From assembly GCA_973895155.1 (NCBI GenBank), contig OZ316898.1, positions 250,751 to 314,750 on the forward strand: DNA of 64,000 bases, written 5' to 3'. The position numbers were made by a program, and so were the translations under genes. The DNA comes from Marsupella aquatica (taxonomy: Eukaryota > Plantae > Marchantiophyta). The notes beneath the pieces are model-generated. The model did no database searches. It was not told the origin of the DNA and saw only the letters and a program-made list of their open reading frames with translations. Shown here piece after piece: positions 33,300-46,101 of this stretch (positions are counted from its first letter, which is position 1; each line of letters opens with the position of its first letter).

Positions 33300-33980
33300 T
33301 CAAAGCCAAGAAATGTGATCTCTCATGGGAGTGTGCAAAGTAGGATCTATGGCATGGCGATGACAATAGAAGATCCATCGTTCAACACCATGTGCAGAGT
33401 GATCATAGATGTGTCTGTCACAAGCATAGCCTTCTGCTTGACGCTCCTTCAAACAATGAAAGTGCCACATGGTGGGACACCTAACACAGTGGACTATGTC
33501 CACCCAGAAATCTTCATCGTGCTGACCACATGCCTTGCACTTATGAAGTGGGCAAGCTGTGGCAAGATCGGGCAAACATGAAAAACAAAAGAACCTCACA
33601 CAATATCTGTCAGGGCATTTCCTAACAAGTGGTGGAGCATCAACAGAGCCCTCATAAGACCCCAACTTCCCACAGTGTGCACACTTAGCCTGCTTCTCCA
33701 AACAATCAGTGCACATCTAGCCTCCCTGGTGTGCTGACGGGAGGCCCACCCCTGGACAGTTGTTTTCTGCAGCAAGGTCAGACTCTGGGTTGAGGTGGAA
33801 ATGCCTCATGCAAGGGCCCTCACATATGGCTAAGCCACCACCATCGTCACAAATGGCACAACAATGAGCTGCCTTCTGGAAAATCTGACTTGCGGAGAAG
33901 TTACTACCATCTGGCCCAACTACACCTGTGTTGCTCACCTCTGTCCCCCGCTTCTTGGCTCGGATTTTAGGGCGTGCCAT
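33300..33980 (-). pseudogene. EDM2-like composite PHD-finger cargo with one in-frame TAG (33717-33719)
   Basis: CAICDDGG..CEGPCMRHFH, CAHCGKLGS, CPLHKCKAC, CVRCPTMWHFHCL, IFYCHRHAIDPTLHTPMRDHI resemble the EDM2 PHD region as recalled; the two ORFs abut in frame. Confidence 0.85.
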
Positions 33981-34646
33981 GCCTACGCATGAGACAGATA
34001 GTACAATTTAGCAGAGTGCACAGACAATACAATTTAGTGCAGTGTACAAAAAGTACAGTGTAGCATATAGACTAGAGTGGCAATTGCTACTGCAATGAAA
34101 TGTTCACACACATGTGCAGAGTAGACATACTTTTTGGTTTGTTGAGCCCACACTAAAAACTGATCCCCTCGTACAATAGCTCCACCTACACCTCAATTTT
34201 GTGGCTATGATTCACCAAAGGAGATCTGCAACAAGATTTAATGCATTTGAATCACATATAACAGTCGTGACATGTAAAACAGGCATTTTTTGAACAGGAT
34301 TGGTATCAAGCAGTGTGATCAAGGTTGTAATTTATACATCCTAAATAGGCTATGATAGTGAATGAGACAAATAAGTTAGGCATAAATCACTTTTTCCAGG
34401 TTATCACATGGCCCATTTCCAGTCTTTGAAAGGAGACTTTTAAGTGAGCTTGCTAGCCTCTTAAATTAGGATATTGTACTTAGTGCAGCCATAATAGGAT
34501 AAGTTATGTACTGTTGACCCTAAACCCTGGACCCAAAATTGGTCATAATTCAAAATCTTAAGTAAATATCCTCTCTGTTCAAGTCAAAGTGTTAAGTTAT
34601 AGGTCAATGGTCTCTTGTTTGTGCATGCGGTGTGACAAGTGGTCCT

Positions 34647-35096
34647 CTAGAGCGTGTGATCCAAACATGTGTAGACACCAAAGTGACCGGTGGTGGGGTC
34701 TGGGAGGGCAGGACAAGTGACATCGCCAGGCACACTGCAGGATGGCGAGTGGTTCCAGATGATACATTGTGCTCTGTGAAAAAACCGACATCCAAGAGAA
34801 CGGTCATCCAACTCTAGGCCAGAAGCCCTACAGGCAGGACAGTCATATTGGCAATTGTGCACACACCCTTGGGCCCTAATTTGTGGCGGGTCATGTACAA
34901 GAGACAGAAATACCAAGGATGTTGGGAAGGGTGGAGAAGCAGGTACAGGCCGGCTGTAGTTGTTCCTGGCAACAACTGGGTACTCAAAGTACCATGCAGA
35001 CTGGGCTGGAAGGATCCCAAGTCTGACATACTCAAGGCGCAACATCTCTACCTTGCGTGCAAGCCGCACATGTTCAGCGTTGCGGGTCCTCACCAT
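34647..35096 (-). CDS. Cys/His-rich ORF of unknown function (possible CACTA cargo)
   Basis: 149 aa, ATG start MVRTR, CVHNCQYDCPAC...C..H..C; same strand as the other cargo. Confidence 0.35.
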   Translation of the reverse strand: MVRTRNAEHVRLARKVEMLRLEYVRLGILPAQSAWYFEYPVVARNNYSRPVPASPPFPTSLVFLSLVHDPPQIRAQGCVHNCQYDCPACRASGLELDDRSLGCRFFHRAQCIIWNHSPSCSVPGDVTCPALPDPTTGHFGVYTCLDHTL

Positions 35097-38000
35097 AAGT
35101 GTTGCTTTTGTGGAGATGTCGTGTGTTCACGTCCTCTGATAAGCACCTTCGATCAGCAAGGTGAGCAGGAGCTGTACTTGCCTCACCAACAGCAACCAAC
35201 CTTAAATTATCAGTTCCCACTCATTGTGTCATTCCATTGGTTCCAGCTAGGGGTCACAGTGTAAACATAGCATGAAACACTCCTAATCAACTTGCTTACA
35301 AACTACAATATCCAGAAAGAGTGAAAGTCTCACCCTCCAGTGAGCAGCAGAGAGGTAGTTCACTAGATGTGTTGATGTGCAGTTAAACCTCCACTATTGC
35401 TTACTTCTGGTGTATGCTGCTCAGAAGAAGACATATTAGTAGCAGCAAATTGCAAATAATGGCCATAAGCAAACCGTGAGAGTTTGCAGAATGCTATGAC
35501 AAATCCATCACAGCAGTGCTCCACAGGAATGAAACCAAGCAAAATTTGGTGACCTCGGCCAATGACAAGGCCAATGTAGTGAACAATCCTTGACCGATCA
35601 GGATATGGATTGGAATTACAATTAGTCAGCTCTTCTTCTTTGTTTTCTAACTCTGGGGGAAATGAGCATGACCAGGGAATTCTCTGAGAAATAGAAGTGC
35701 ACAGGGAAAATGAAATTGGCTCATTCAGCTGCGCAAGACCGACCATTGCAGCATACTTGGACAGTTGTTCCGCAATACATAAAATACCCTGACTTACATG
35801 CAATCGATACAATCTGCTTCTGTTGGCTGTCCTACAGCTCATGGCAGTGCCGTTGGGATAGGGTAAGTGAATATTGCCATAGCTGAAGCACATTGAGCTT
35901 GCAGCAAGAAGTGAAGGAGCATGGCCAAAAGCAGAAAAGACAGACAGGTTTTACAAGAAGAAACTAACAACCGCCAATCTGCTCAAATCCGCTGCATAGA
36001 TCAAACCCTCCAAACTACACAGCCCTCCTTTGAAAACAATCCAATGTGCTTTGGCTGGTGGATGACAAGGACTGGGAGAAGAGGAAACGTCTGCACAATC
36101 AATCCAAATGACGGGACACAGAGACCAGGCACAGAGAGGATTTGTGCTTAGACAAAAACCACAAATTGTAGCATGGGCGCCATAGCATTCTAGACAAAGC
36201 ACAAAACATAGAATCTATGAATCTATGACTCATGGACTAACAAAATGATTGGGTAGCATGGCAAAAGGAAAGACAAATTTCAAAATGACAACATGGCCCA
36301 TTTCCGCCATTCATTTGACGTTGCTAGGTGTCCGTAAGATGACTGACCCACAGACAATCCCGACAACCTCATCTGACAGACTGCTTTTCTAGTGTGAAGA
36401 AATACATGATTACAAGCAACACCACGCCTCATCCAAGCAGGGAATTGAAAACATAACCATGTCATTCCTATATTGGACTGTGTCCTTTGCCATTGCACTG
36501 CATAGTTGTTATTCCATGTTGGTTGTCAACAGTTTGTTGGCTTGCCACAGCCTAGATAGAACAATAAAATACTGTATATGAATACAACAAGAAAAATCTG
36601 CATACAGCGATGGCCTGGTCACTTGAGGAAAAAACAAAACTAAGAAGGCAGGCACACGGGCAACCGAGAAAAAAAGCTAGTGGCGCCTCGCGGAGAATCC
36701 AGAATGGTAATGCCCTTGCCCAGAAGCTTGGGAAACAAAAGAGAAAAAAACAAAAACGAGCTACCGACCACCGTCTTGACCAGGCCCGACATCCAAGGTA
36801 TGGCTGGAGGCTGTGGTCCCCCCCTTAGTAAAGAAAAGGATGCAAGTCGGAGCACGGGGCACAAGGCATGTTTGGATCCAGGGAGGAGCAAAACAGTAAT
36901 GTCAAGCAAGAAGTGTGGAGAGACCAAATTCAGTAAACAAAAATAGGGGAGAACAAACATACATCAGCAGCAGCAGGAAACGAGAAAGTTGATTTGGGAG
37001 GGATTGTAGGGAGAGAGCTTTCGGTGGGCTCGGCTATGCGTGAAATATCAGGAGATAGATGTGCGAGAGAGTGAAGAGGGTGGCAAGCGGAAGACAGGTT
37101 GGGACTGGTCCCTTGGTGCCGGGGGGTAATATATGGGGTTTCAATGAACAATGGGCCAGTTTGAGGAGGATTAAGTAGCGCACACCCCACGTTCTTGGGT
37201 GGTGGTTGGGTGGGGTTTTGTTTGATTGAAGAAGAAATCACCATTATCTTCTGGAAGAAAGAAAATCGCAGGAAACAGTGGACGGGAGAACAAGGCATGT
37301 AATAGAGAACAACAAGGCATGTAATAGAGTACTCGCGGTTACTCTAACGGTGCACGAACACTCACCTCTGTCTTCCGCTTTGTCAATGTGGCCGATAAAT
37401 CCCAGAGCGCTGCCAAGCTTGGTCGTTGCTCAAGGGTTGAAAGTGCGCAGCTCAGGTCCCTAGCTGAATGTTCAACTCAATGTGGGATGTGGCATCTCCT
37501 CTTGGTTGACAACGCGCAACAGCGCTTGATGGTTGACAGTGCGCAGCTCAGCTCCGAGTTCCAACGTTACGATGCACAACGTTACGAACACACAACAATG
37601 GGAGTAGGCGGCGACAGGAATATCAGCTCTGAAGCGCAACCTTCACAGCTCACGCACATTCCAAGACTGTAAAAAAAGTCCGGTTCATGTTGTTACCGAT
37701 TCTCGCACCACATAAAGTCCACAATCCATAAAACACCCGTAGCGCGCCCGTAGAATAGATGCAACCCGCATGCAGCTTCACCAGCTGCAAATGGTAAGCA
37801 ACAATAGAGGCAGTGGCAAGCAGAGAAAATAGAGAAGGCCAAGCATAGGCGACTTCAACTCTAACCTCCTTGCTTGACCCAGGCCTGAATGTCAGTCCAC
37901 AGTGACCTCCAATCTGTTCGATCCCTTCCGCAAGCAGCCGAGCGGCAGACAACAATGTAGGGATCAAGAACCAAGTGCCAGGCGGACATTGCACAAAATG

Positions 38001-41000
38001 AGGATCGGGGGCATAGACAAAATCTACCGAAATGTACCAAAATCTACTCCCTGGGGTCCAGCCCACGGATGGACATCATGCAAGGTGGTCAAAAATGGTA
38101 AGTGCAATCATTGGAGAGCTGTAGTCGCGATTACTAACGGTGCATCCACAAAATGTGTCGTCAAGTTGTCGGTGCGGCCACAACAATTTTGACAGTCTCA
38201 GGATCACAGGTCCACAAACAAGTTGCAAATGAAGACACGCAACGTCCAGGAGGGAAAGTCCGCAACACTAACCCTTTGTAAAGCCCCCGAGCTTACCTTC
38301 TAGCTGCCGACGCAAAGAGAAAACCTACTTGGACACTGAAGCAACCCTAAACTCAGAGTCTCACCTTAGCGCAACATCTCCTGGATTGGATTCAGCTAGC
38401 GTTGGCCCACTCTAAGCTCCTGCGCCGCTCCTTGTTGCTTCACCGTGTCCTCCCCAATGCCTCCTTTGGAGTCGCATGTAGTCTGTAGCTCACGACTCAC
38501 GAACGTTAGGCCCACAACCTTGCACAAGACACAAACGGCATTCACTATGTTCACCCAATGCCTCTGCACAGGTGCTATATTCGGGTCGATCCTGCATTCA
38601 GCGATGGCGGTAAAAGGTAAGGGGCAATCTTCAATCGTCACAAGACAGCGCTACACATTCAACCAGCACAGGGAGTAGACGCTAGCAGCTTTGCATTTGA
38701 ACGCTTGGCAGATCAATGCACTTACAACAGGAGGATGCAACTGCTCACAGCTCGCGTGAGGTGCTCGGGATGGCAAGAGTGTATACACTTAGAGCAGCAT
38801 GACGCTTGGACTGATCGAGAAAGCTCATTGTCAATGAAAAACCCTTTGGCAAAACCCCGAACACCCAAGACCCCACCACCTTGTTTCGACCACTAAGTCA
38901 CAAAGAATTCTCCCGCGCCTTGCCCATGTAGTTTAGTCCGGCCCAAAAGTTAAGCGTAAACCCTTAAACAGAATTAGGGGAAGGAATTTACAAAGCCCTA
39001 ACCGTTGGGGTGAGCCGTTGAGCACAGAAGCATATGTTCTGTAAACACTAGTGGACTCCAACAAGGCAAAAATGGCCTGGCAAATTACCCTAAGAAGGCA
39101 ATGAATGGTCATATTTGCACATACATGGTCGGCACATAGTGGCATTCTATTGTGCCATAATCAGGATTAAGGTTGCCCAACATTAAATCCAGTCCTAAAA
39201 TGCAATATTCCTAATTTGCTATGATGACCAAAGCACGTACAGTCACCCTAACCCAAGACTTAGTGCAAGCAGTCATGTAAGCTCGTTTCCGTTGAGGTGA
39301 CCCGTTGAGCATAATAAGTACGTCCGCGCCAGAGTGTTAGGCAACAAAAGACACAAAACTAACACGGGTTAAGGATAACTTTAAATAAAATCCTTTGGTG
39401 ACAAAGTCATGGCCACTTAATTAGTTGTGCCCCACCCTAACCCTCCCCCCCCCTTGTGGAATTAATCTTGGATCAAAAGGCACCATCATTTAGACTAAAA
39501 TCAATCACGGGCTAGACTGTTCATTGTGCCAATTAGTGGCCATGACCCTATTAAAATGACACTAGTTGGCAATGCGGAATATATCATGGTGTGGGAGTTG
39601 TACCTAGCTAGGGTTATAGTGATGCATTAGTTCCGGTTCCGGTTAGAAACCACCCTAAGCCCTCCAGTACAGTTGTACCCTAAGTTATGAAAAGTACCCG
39701 TTACATGGATATTTATGGTGCAATGTTAGTTAAGGTTGGTGATATACACAAGGCATGTCCTTAAGCACTTAGGCCAAAAAGTAGCATGTCGCCGGTCCTT
39801 CTTAAGTATACTCTTATCATGAACCCTTGTAAGACGTTGTATTATACTAGTCTTTGTGTGGACCTTTAGAGTGATTCCAAGAACAAAACCCATGATGTCC
39901 TAGAGTGTTCACCCTTCACAAAGTAGCAAGGTTACTTTTCATAGTCTTTAACTAAACCGGAAAACACTCAAAGTCTTTTATAGTCTTTAACAAAACCTTG
40001 GCAATGGATGCGAGTCATTTAAAGTATGGAAGAAGGACTTAGTGGGCTTAGTCCTATAAGGTATGGTCTAAATTACCCCGGTTTCTACTAGTGAACCCGA
40101 CACTTGAAGTCTTAGTTTTGGTTCAGATTTTTCCCATAGATGCTAGGAGGTCCTCTAAAAAGATGTCAAGTGGGGTCTCAACCTAGGGCTTTCTTGTGTT
40201 TCGGTGCGACTTAAATTAACAAAATAGCGGGTCCCGGAAAAAATAGCTAATGAGTAAATTTAGGAGTTCCAAGTTTAGAAGTGCGTTAAATATGGTCCAC
40301 TGTATCCCTGGGAACTTGTGATAGAACTTGGGTATCTTTGGTTACTTTTTGGGAGCATCTCAAAGTTGAGAAGAATTTTGGAAAACATAATAATTAACCC
40401 ACTTTACCTAATTTTGGAAAATCGGTGATAAGGTTTTGTCTAGATATTAGTAAACCAGGACATAGGCCTATGTCCAAAGAATATGTGTATTTACTCAGAA
40501 GTCATTTTGGACTTATGGGTGATTTTTGGGGGCAGTCCAAAACGGCATGTAAATACAATTTTTTCCAGAAGTGTTGGGGAACGACAACGCGCAAGCTACG
40601 ACTCAAGCACGAGGCCGGTGAGGAAGTCAAGCACGAGGAGGCTGTCCAAAGGTGCTGCATGTTGCTTGAGGTGCCAATTGAGCACAAGGGCGGCTGAATT
40701 GAAGGAAGGGCGGCTGAATTGAAGGAAGGGATGCTTGAATTAAAATGGCTGTTGCCTTGTGTCAGACCCTCGCTTCTGAGCTAATAAGCCTTATTGTACT
40801 AAAAGCTTGCACTTGATAGCTCTTTATCACCAGGAACTACGGGAGGGACGCTCCATAAGAAGGAACTACCTCTATTTCCATTAAGCCTTTGCTTCTCCTT
40901 GAGACTGTGCAGATGTATTTGGTTTCCGTCACCAGAAATGGGTATTCTTTGGTTTCCACCGCTGGAAATGTCCCCCTACCCGGCAAGACAACTAATCTAG

Positions 41001-42331
41001 GTCTCCCTTACCCAAAGAGAAGACTTCTGGAGTCACAAAGATCATATGAGCAACATGCTAGACCACAAGGGCCTCAAGATTTCAGATGAGTGCACATCAA
41101 CAATTTCTTTCCCAGAAATGCGCTGAAATTTCATAAGAATTTCAAAGGAAGTACATGGGTAGGTTGTCACTACCTACTTGCTATACTTTAGCTTCTTCAA
41201 CTCCTACTACTTAACACTATGGTCCTTTCAAGCCTCAAGGCATACACTTGAGTTCTAGTACCCCTAGAACATCTACCTTAGTTCCCCTAAGGTCTCTTAG
41301 TGCTACTCCTTGATTCTCCATACTTGGACCCACACAAAGTAACTCACACCAACTTAAGTACTCCTTGCTTGGCTCCAACTCATCACAAAGTCCAAAACCA
41401 CCCCAAAGGCCAGCAAGTGACTCATCACTAAAAAAAGACCAGCCCACCTTTCAAGGGGGTCAAAGATCCTTACTTATCCTCCTAACTATCTCACTAACTC
41501 ACTTGTTTGTCTTACCTAACTAATGAGCTAGTTGGTGACCTTTTGAAAGCCTAAATCAACTCCTTGATTTCAGCCCTTCATTCAGGTCCACCTCACCTCC
41601 TGACTTGGCTGTCCTATCCCTCCAAATCAGGGACTAAGTCAGCCTCCAAAGTACAGTCATCCCTATCTACAAAATAGCTCTAAAAATAGTAGAGGGATCA
41701 ACTTCCAATGGCCCTCCAAGTTCCTCCAAAGTCTGCATGTAACTCAGGTCCTTAGGTACCCTCCATGTTGGCTTTAAGGACTCCACTCCTTAACCTCCTT
41801 ATTCCTGGACTCCAGAACCAGCCTAGGTCCCCTTGACATGAAAGAGCCCTTCTCCAGGCCTCACCCATCCGATTAGGGCCTTGCGAATGACCCAAGCATG
41901 GTACTTCCTTACCGTACTGGTTAGTGGCTTGGTAATCTGGTTGTCCTCTCTGAAATGCTTGAGGTACACCTTTGTGACGCCGCCGGTACGGCAGTTAATG
42001 AGTGATTCGGTCTAACTGCGCTCTGCACGCGCGTTAGGAGTGTCTTAAACCGCTATTATTAGCATAACGACAGTATTTAGGTAATCATTATGGGTAGGAT
42101 ATCATTAGGCAATAAGGGGGAATTCAGGTTCGGACTGGCGGCTGGTCGCTATTCGCACAACCGGGTTACGAGCGTGGAGGGGCCCCTCCCTCGGGTCCGT
42201 ATAACGAACTTAAGGAAGCGGCCACTGACACGCGCTGACTCAGACCGGCGGAGTGGCCGGCACACCACAAGCGTGAGCGGTTCAGCCTATGGGCGTCGAG
42301 GAGACGTCGTGGGATCGACAAGCCCTCAAGG

Positions 42332-42338
42332 TATAAAA
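42332..42338 (+). promoter_or_regulatory. Candidate TATA box upstream of the LTR-encoded ORF
   Basis: TATAAAA about 108 nt before ATG 42440. Confidence 0.45.
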
Positions 42339-42439
42339 GGGGAGCCAACCCTTTGTAGTGCACCAGTCCATCAGTCCACGCGCCAGCTTCGACCCCAGCT
42401 CTCTTGTTCGCTCTAAGTTGCCACTACTATCTCCTCTGA

Positions 42440-45082
42440 ATGTCGCACACGATCCTCTCCAGCTCGGCCATTCGATTCTGGACGCAGTTCCTATCTACCG
42501 GAAGGCACTTGGCCGACTCATTGAAACACGCCAACCCACGCCGATACAAAATCAAACGCGAGTACGAGCGATCCATCCGCCTAGCAGGACGACACCACTA
42601 CATCCTTAACTTTGACTACCTGTCTCAGAGCGAGCTTTACCGACCAGCAGAGGTATCCGGGTACTTCTTCAACGGAGACAAATATATCGGGTTCTGGGAA
42701 GCATTGCTTCGGCTTCCGGACGAGGTCTTCATTATCCCAGGTACGATCAACTTGCAGCGACATCACTTCGACCACATCCCTGCTCAGGTTCGGGCTATCA
42801 TCAACAGCAAGTCCAGCACTACCCGTTCGACAAGGTCGTCTGCACTCGCTTCGGAGAACTTCTACCAGCACCTACAGAGCTTCATAGGAACTCGGCCAGC
42901 AACCAACATGACCAACTCAGTTGTACCCATACCCGTACCCGTACAACCTTAGGCTCAGCTTTAGCTTCAGCTTCAGCCTCAGCCGCAGCCTAGCCAAACC
43001 CCACCACCGATCGCCCAGCCAGCACAAGTACGCTCCGTCATCAACGCTGTGGATCTTAGCGATGACGACGAGGCTACCCTACCCTTGACCAGGCGGCCCA
43101 GAGGAACAAGCGCTCAGGGGGCCGATACTATATCATCCCCACCCCCTGCTCTGACCCCAGGAGCGGCCCCGGCAGACAACATGGTGACTGTGGCCGACCC
43201 GGGCCCGTTACTAACGGCAGTAGCACTACCCAGGCCCGATCGGGAGGATGGGGAGGTGTCACCTTCCCCAAGCCAGTCACGGGGGAAGAAGAGGAAGGAA
43301 TCCGCCACTGCATCCGGGTTACCATTGGCCACGGTAGCCGTGGCCAAGGTGACGATGCACCGCATGGGGGAAAACGTTCACAAAAACATCCTCCATCCCA
43401 AGCATGCGGTGTACCTGAAGACTCAGGGATCCGAGCACCTCGCCTCCCTCCCCTGGAACACTTGCAGGTACTACGGGGAGGACATGACGGAGTTCGTCAG
43501 GAATTATGACGATGTGCGTCAAAATACTCGGCTACGGGGAAGGAGTATGTCCCTCACGGAAGAATGGCTCAGGATGATCTTTGGGTTACCCGAAGGTGAC
43601 CATCGAGTCGAATCACGGGCTCCCGGGGGCAAGGGAGCCAAGTACCAATCTTCAAGTTTTCCCTCAGAGGGAGCAGTGGACAACGGGTTTGTGATGAAAA
43701 CCTGCCTCATCCCCGAGATAGCTGAGCGACTGGAGTTCCAGAGGTACGCCCTCCACATGATGGAACCCCGGGGGGAGATCTCCGCCGCCCAGGTTATCCA
43801 GGTCGAGAACTATCGACCTAGGAGGTGGGCGTCGTACTTCGCTAAGAAATTCCATGAAGAGATGGAGCGGCGAAGGAAGACGCTGTACATTGGTGGGAAG
43901 GCGTATTTCGCTAGCCACATCGAGATCATTCTTGAGTGGTACACCCGGTTTGATCGACGAACCCTTCCCCGTGTCAACGTTACAAAGCTGGTCCCAGCTA
44001 GGTGGGTTTTCCCGGCCTTGGAGAGACGGCCCCAGCCCGAGGCCCGAAGTCCAGCGGACACGCCAGCTTCACCCACCCCACCTCCACAAGTAGCTGTAGT
44101 CGTAACCGAGGAGGTACCGGATGGGTCGGGTGTCGCAACCGTTGATGCGACCCAATAGGCCGGGCTAAGTACAGAAGTCGGTACGGCGGAGGTCTTACCC
44201 GAGCCCGGTTCTCCCAAAGACCCACCGGTGGCTATTCCGGAGAACCGGACATTGCTACAGGAGGACGCTCCAGCCCCTTCCAACGTTACGTCCCCAGGGC
44301 TGGACGTCACTGCCCCGGCCCCCGCGCGTGTGGACGTCTGCCCATGCCCAACTCCGGACAGGCACAACCTGGACCACCCGGAACTCTTCATACCGGGTAC
44401 ATTTCTGAACAGGCTTCTGGGAGATTTCTCTCATCAAATTGCCCGGGATACCGGGGAGTTCATGGCCCGGAAGGTAGCCTGTTTCTTCAATCAGGAGTTG
44501 GTTGCCGCAGTAAAGGCAGGTCGGGCCCAGTCAGAGGCCCTTCAGAGGATAGAGCGGTACCGGGTGGAGTCCGTGTACCTAAAGAACGAAGTTGCGGTTC
44601 AAGAGGCTGAGCTTCGGCAACTACGACCCAAGGTTGCAGCCGCCGATGAGTTGTTAGCAAAGGCGCACGCTCTTACCGCCCTAGCCGAACAGGCCAAAGC
44701 TGGGAATGAAGCCGAGATTACACGACTCCGGAACCAGATTGACAGTTTGAAGAATCAAACTGTCACCTGGCAAAAAGACCTGGAGGAGGCCGAGGAACGG
44801 GCCCAGCGGGACACGGCGGAGATAGCCACGCTGCAGGCCGAGGTGGCGCGGCTCCAAACCGAGGCCGAGAAGCAGGACCAGCTGGCGGGTAAACTGACAA
44901 GTGACGCCCAGCAGTTGGAGGAGGCTTGTCAGGAGGCAGCAGAGGAGAGGGATGCGGCGAGGCGAGAGAACGAATCTCTGCTGGACCAGGTCCAGCTCCT
45001 CAAGGCGGACAATGACAGGCTTCGAAGGCAGTGGGATGGCCGCTCCCATTCAGGTGGCTCTGGCAAGCGTGCCAGGCATTAG
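42440..45082 (+). pseudogene. LTR-encoded accessory ORF of element E (ancestrally about 880 aa: accessory domain plus C-terminal coiled coil)
   Basis: ORFs 42440, 43049 and 44228 share one frame, separated only by TAG codons in CAG-rich context; LPW...EFV...LT...IFGLP...NGF...C motif; heptad-rich C-terminus. Confidence 0.85.
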
Positions 45083-45990
45083 CGGCGGAGTAGGAATAGA
45101 GTAGGATTAGGACTAGCTTAGTTAGGCTCTTGGGACAGGCACCTGCCTTAGGTACAGCATCGCTGCCGTGCTGTCCAACCTGCATAGATTAGGATCTTCT
45201 AATAAGACACAGCCGTTTCCGGCCTTACTGTCAGCTTAGTTAGGACCGTAGTCAGTGAATCTTCGGCGAGAGGACACCCCGTCCCTCGGCCCTTAGTATT
45301 TAGTGCACCCCTCGGTAGAGACAGGGGGGTTTTTAGTTGCAAAGTTGGGCGTCCGCGGTATGTGCGGGGAGTCCCGACCTTTGGGAATGAAAGAGTACCA
45401 AGGGGAGGGGGTAGGACTAAGCTCGCCGGGCGAGTGCGGAGCTGGGCTCCGTTGTAGTGTGCACCCTCGGCCTTGAACCTGTTCATTCCGGGGCTGTCGG
45501 GTCAACTAAGTGTACGCATATGTTCCCTTTGTAGTAAAATCCTTTCCCATCATTTTTCTTCGTGTAAATCGAGATTGTATGCATGTGCGCGTGTATGTGT
45601 GTGGGTTTCTCGTATATGGGTGGCAGCGCCAGGCCGAACGCACTACCCGAGACGTGCACAGGGTGCAGCCTGCGGGTAAGTGGTTGCAAGCACGGGTTGA
45701 GGACTTGTATCATCGAATCCGGATCGAAGGCGGACAGCACGAAGGCTTAGAAGCCCTTAAGCCAGGGTCGATCCTGCTATCGACTAAGGTACGTTCCGGC
45801 GGCGGAACACAAACCATACCTAGGAGGTGTCCGTATTTAGCAGTATGCGCACTTAGCGCTAGTTTACGAGAATAAGGTGCATTACGTGCTTCCCTTCCTG
45901 CCCGAACCCTCAGATTTACGAGGGATGTGCCCGTCTAAGCTGAAGTCTGAGTTAAGGCCGCAGCCGATGATGTGACATAGCCTTTGTTTT

Positions 45991-46008
45991 TGGCGCTAGA
46001 TGGAGGGG
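45991..46008 (+). promoter_or_regulatory. PBS of element E, tRNA-Asn type
   Basis: TGGCGCTAGATGGAGGGG, identical to the element B PBS. Confidence 0.85.
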
Positions 46009-46101
46009 GTACTCTACATATCGTAGAGGGGAGACATGTGCGTATTCACCTAGGTAGGATACATCAGGACGTAGTACTAACCATCGCATTTATATGAGTA
46101 A

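Larger units (their letters stand above)
22941..40093 (-). mobile_element. CACTA (En/Spm) DNA transposon, 17,153 bp
   Basis: 18-bp perfect TIR CACTAGTAGAAACCGGGG (22941-22958 and 40076-40093); 3-bp TSD AAC on both sides; subterminal AGTC-containing repeats; transposase inside. Confidence 0.97.
41973..45977 (+). repeat. 5' LTR of element E (about 4005 bp, protein-coding)
   Basis: TGTGACGCCGCCGG...CCGATGATGTGACA (inverted repeat once CpG decay is allowed); ends 13 nt before the PBS; no second copy in the window. Confidence 0.72.
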
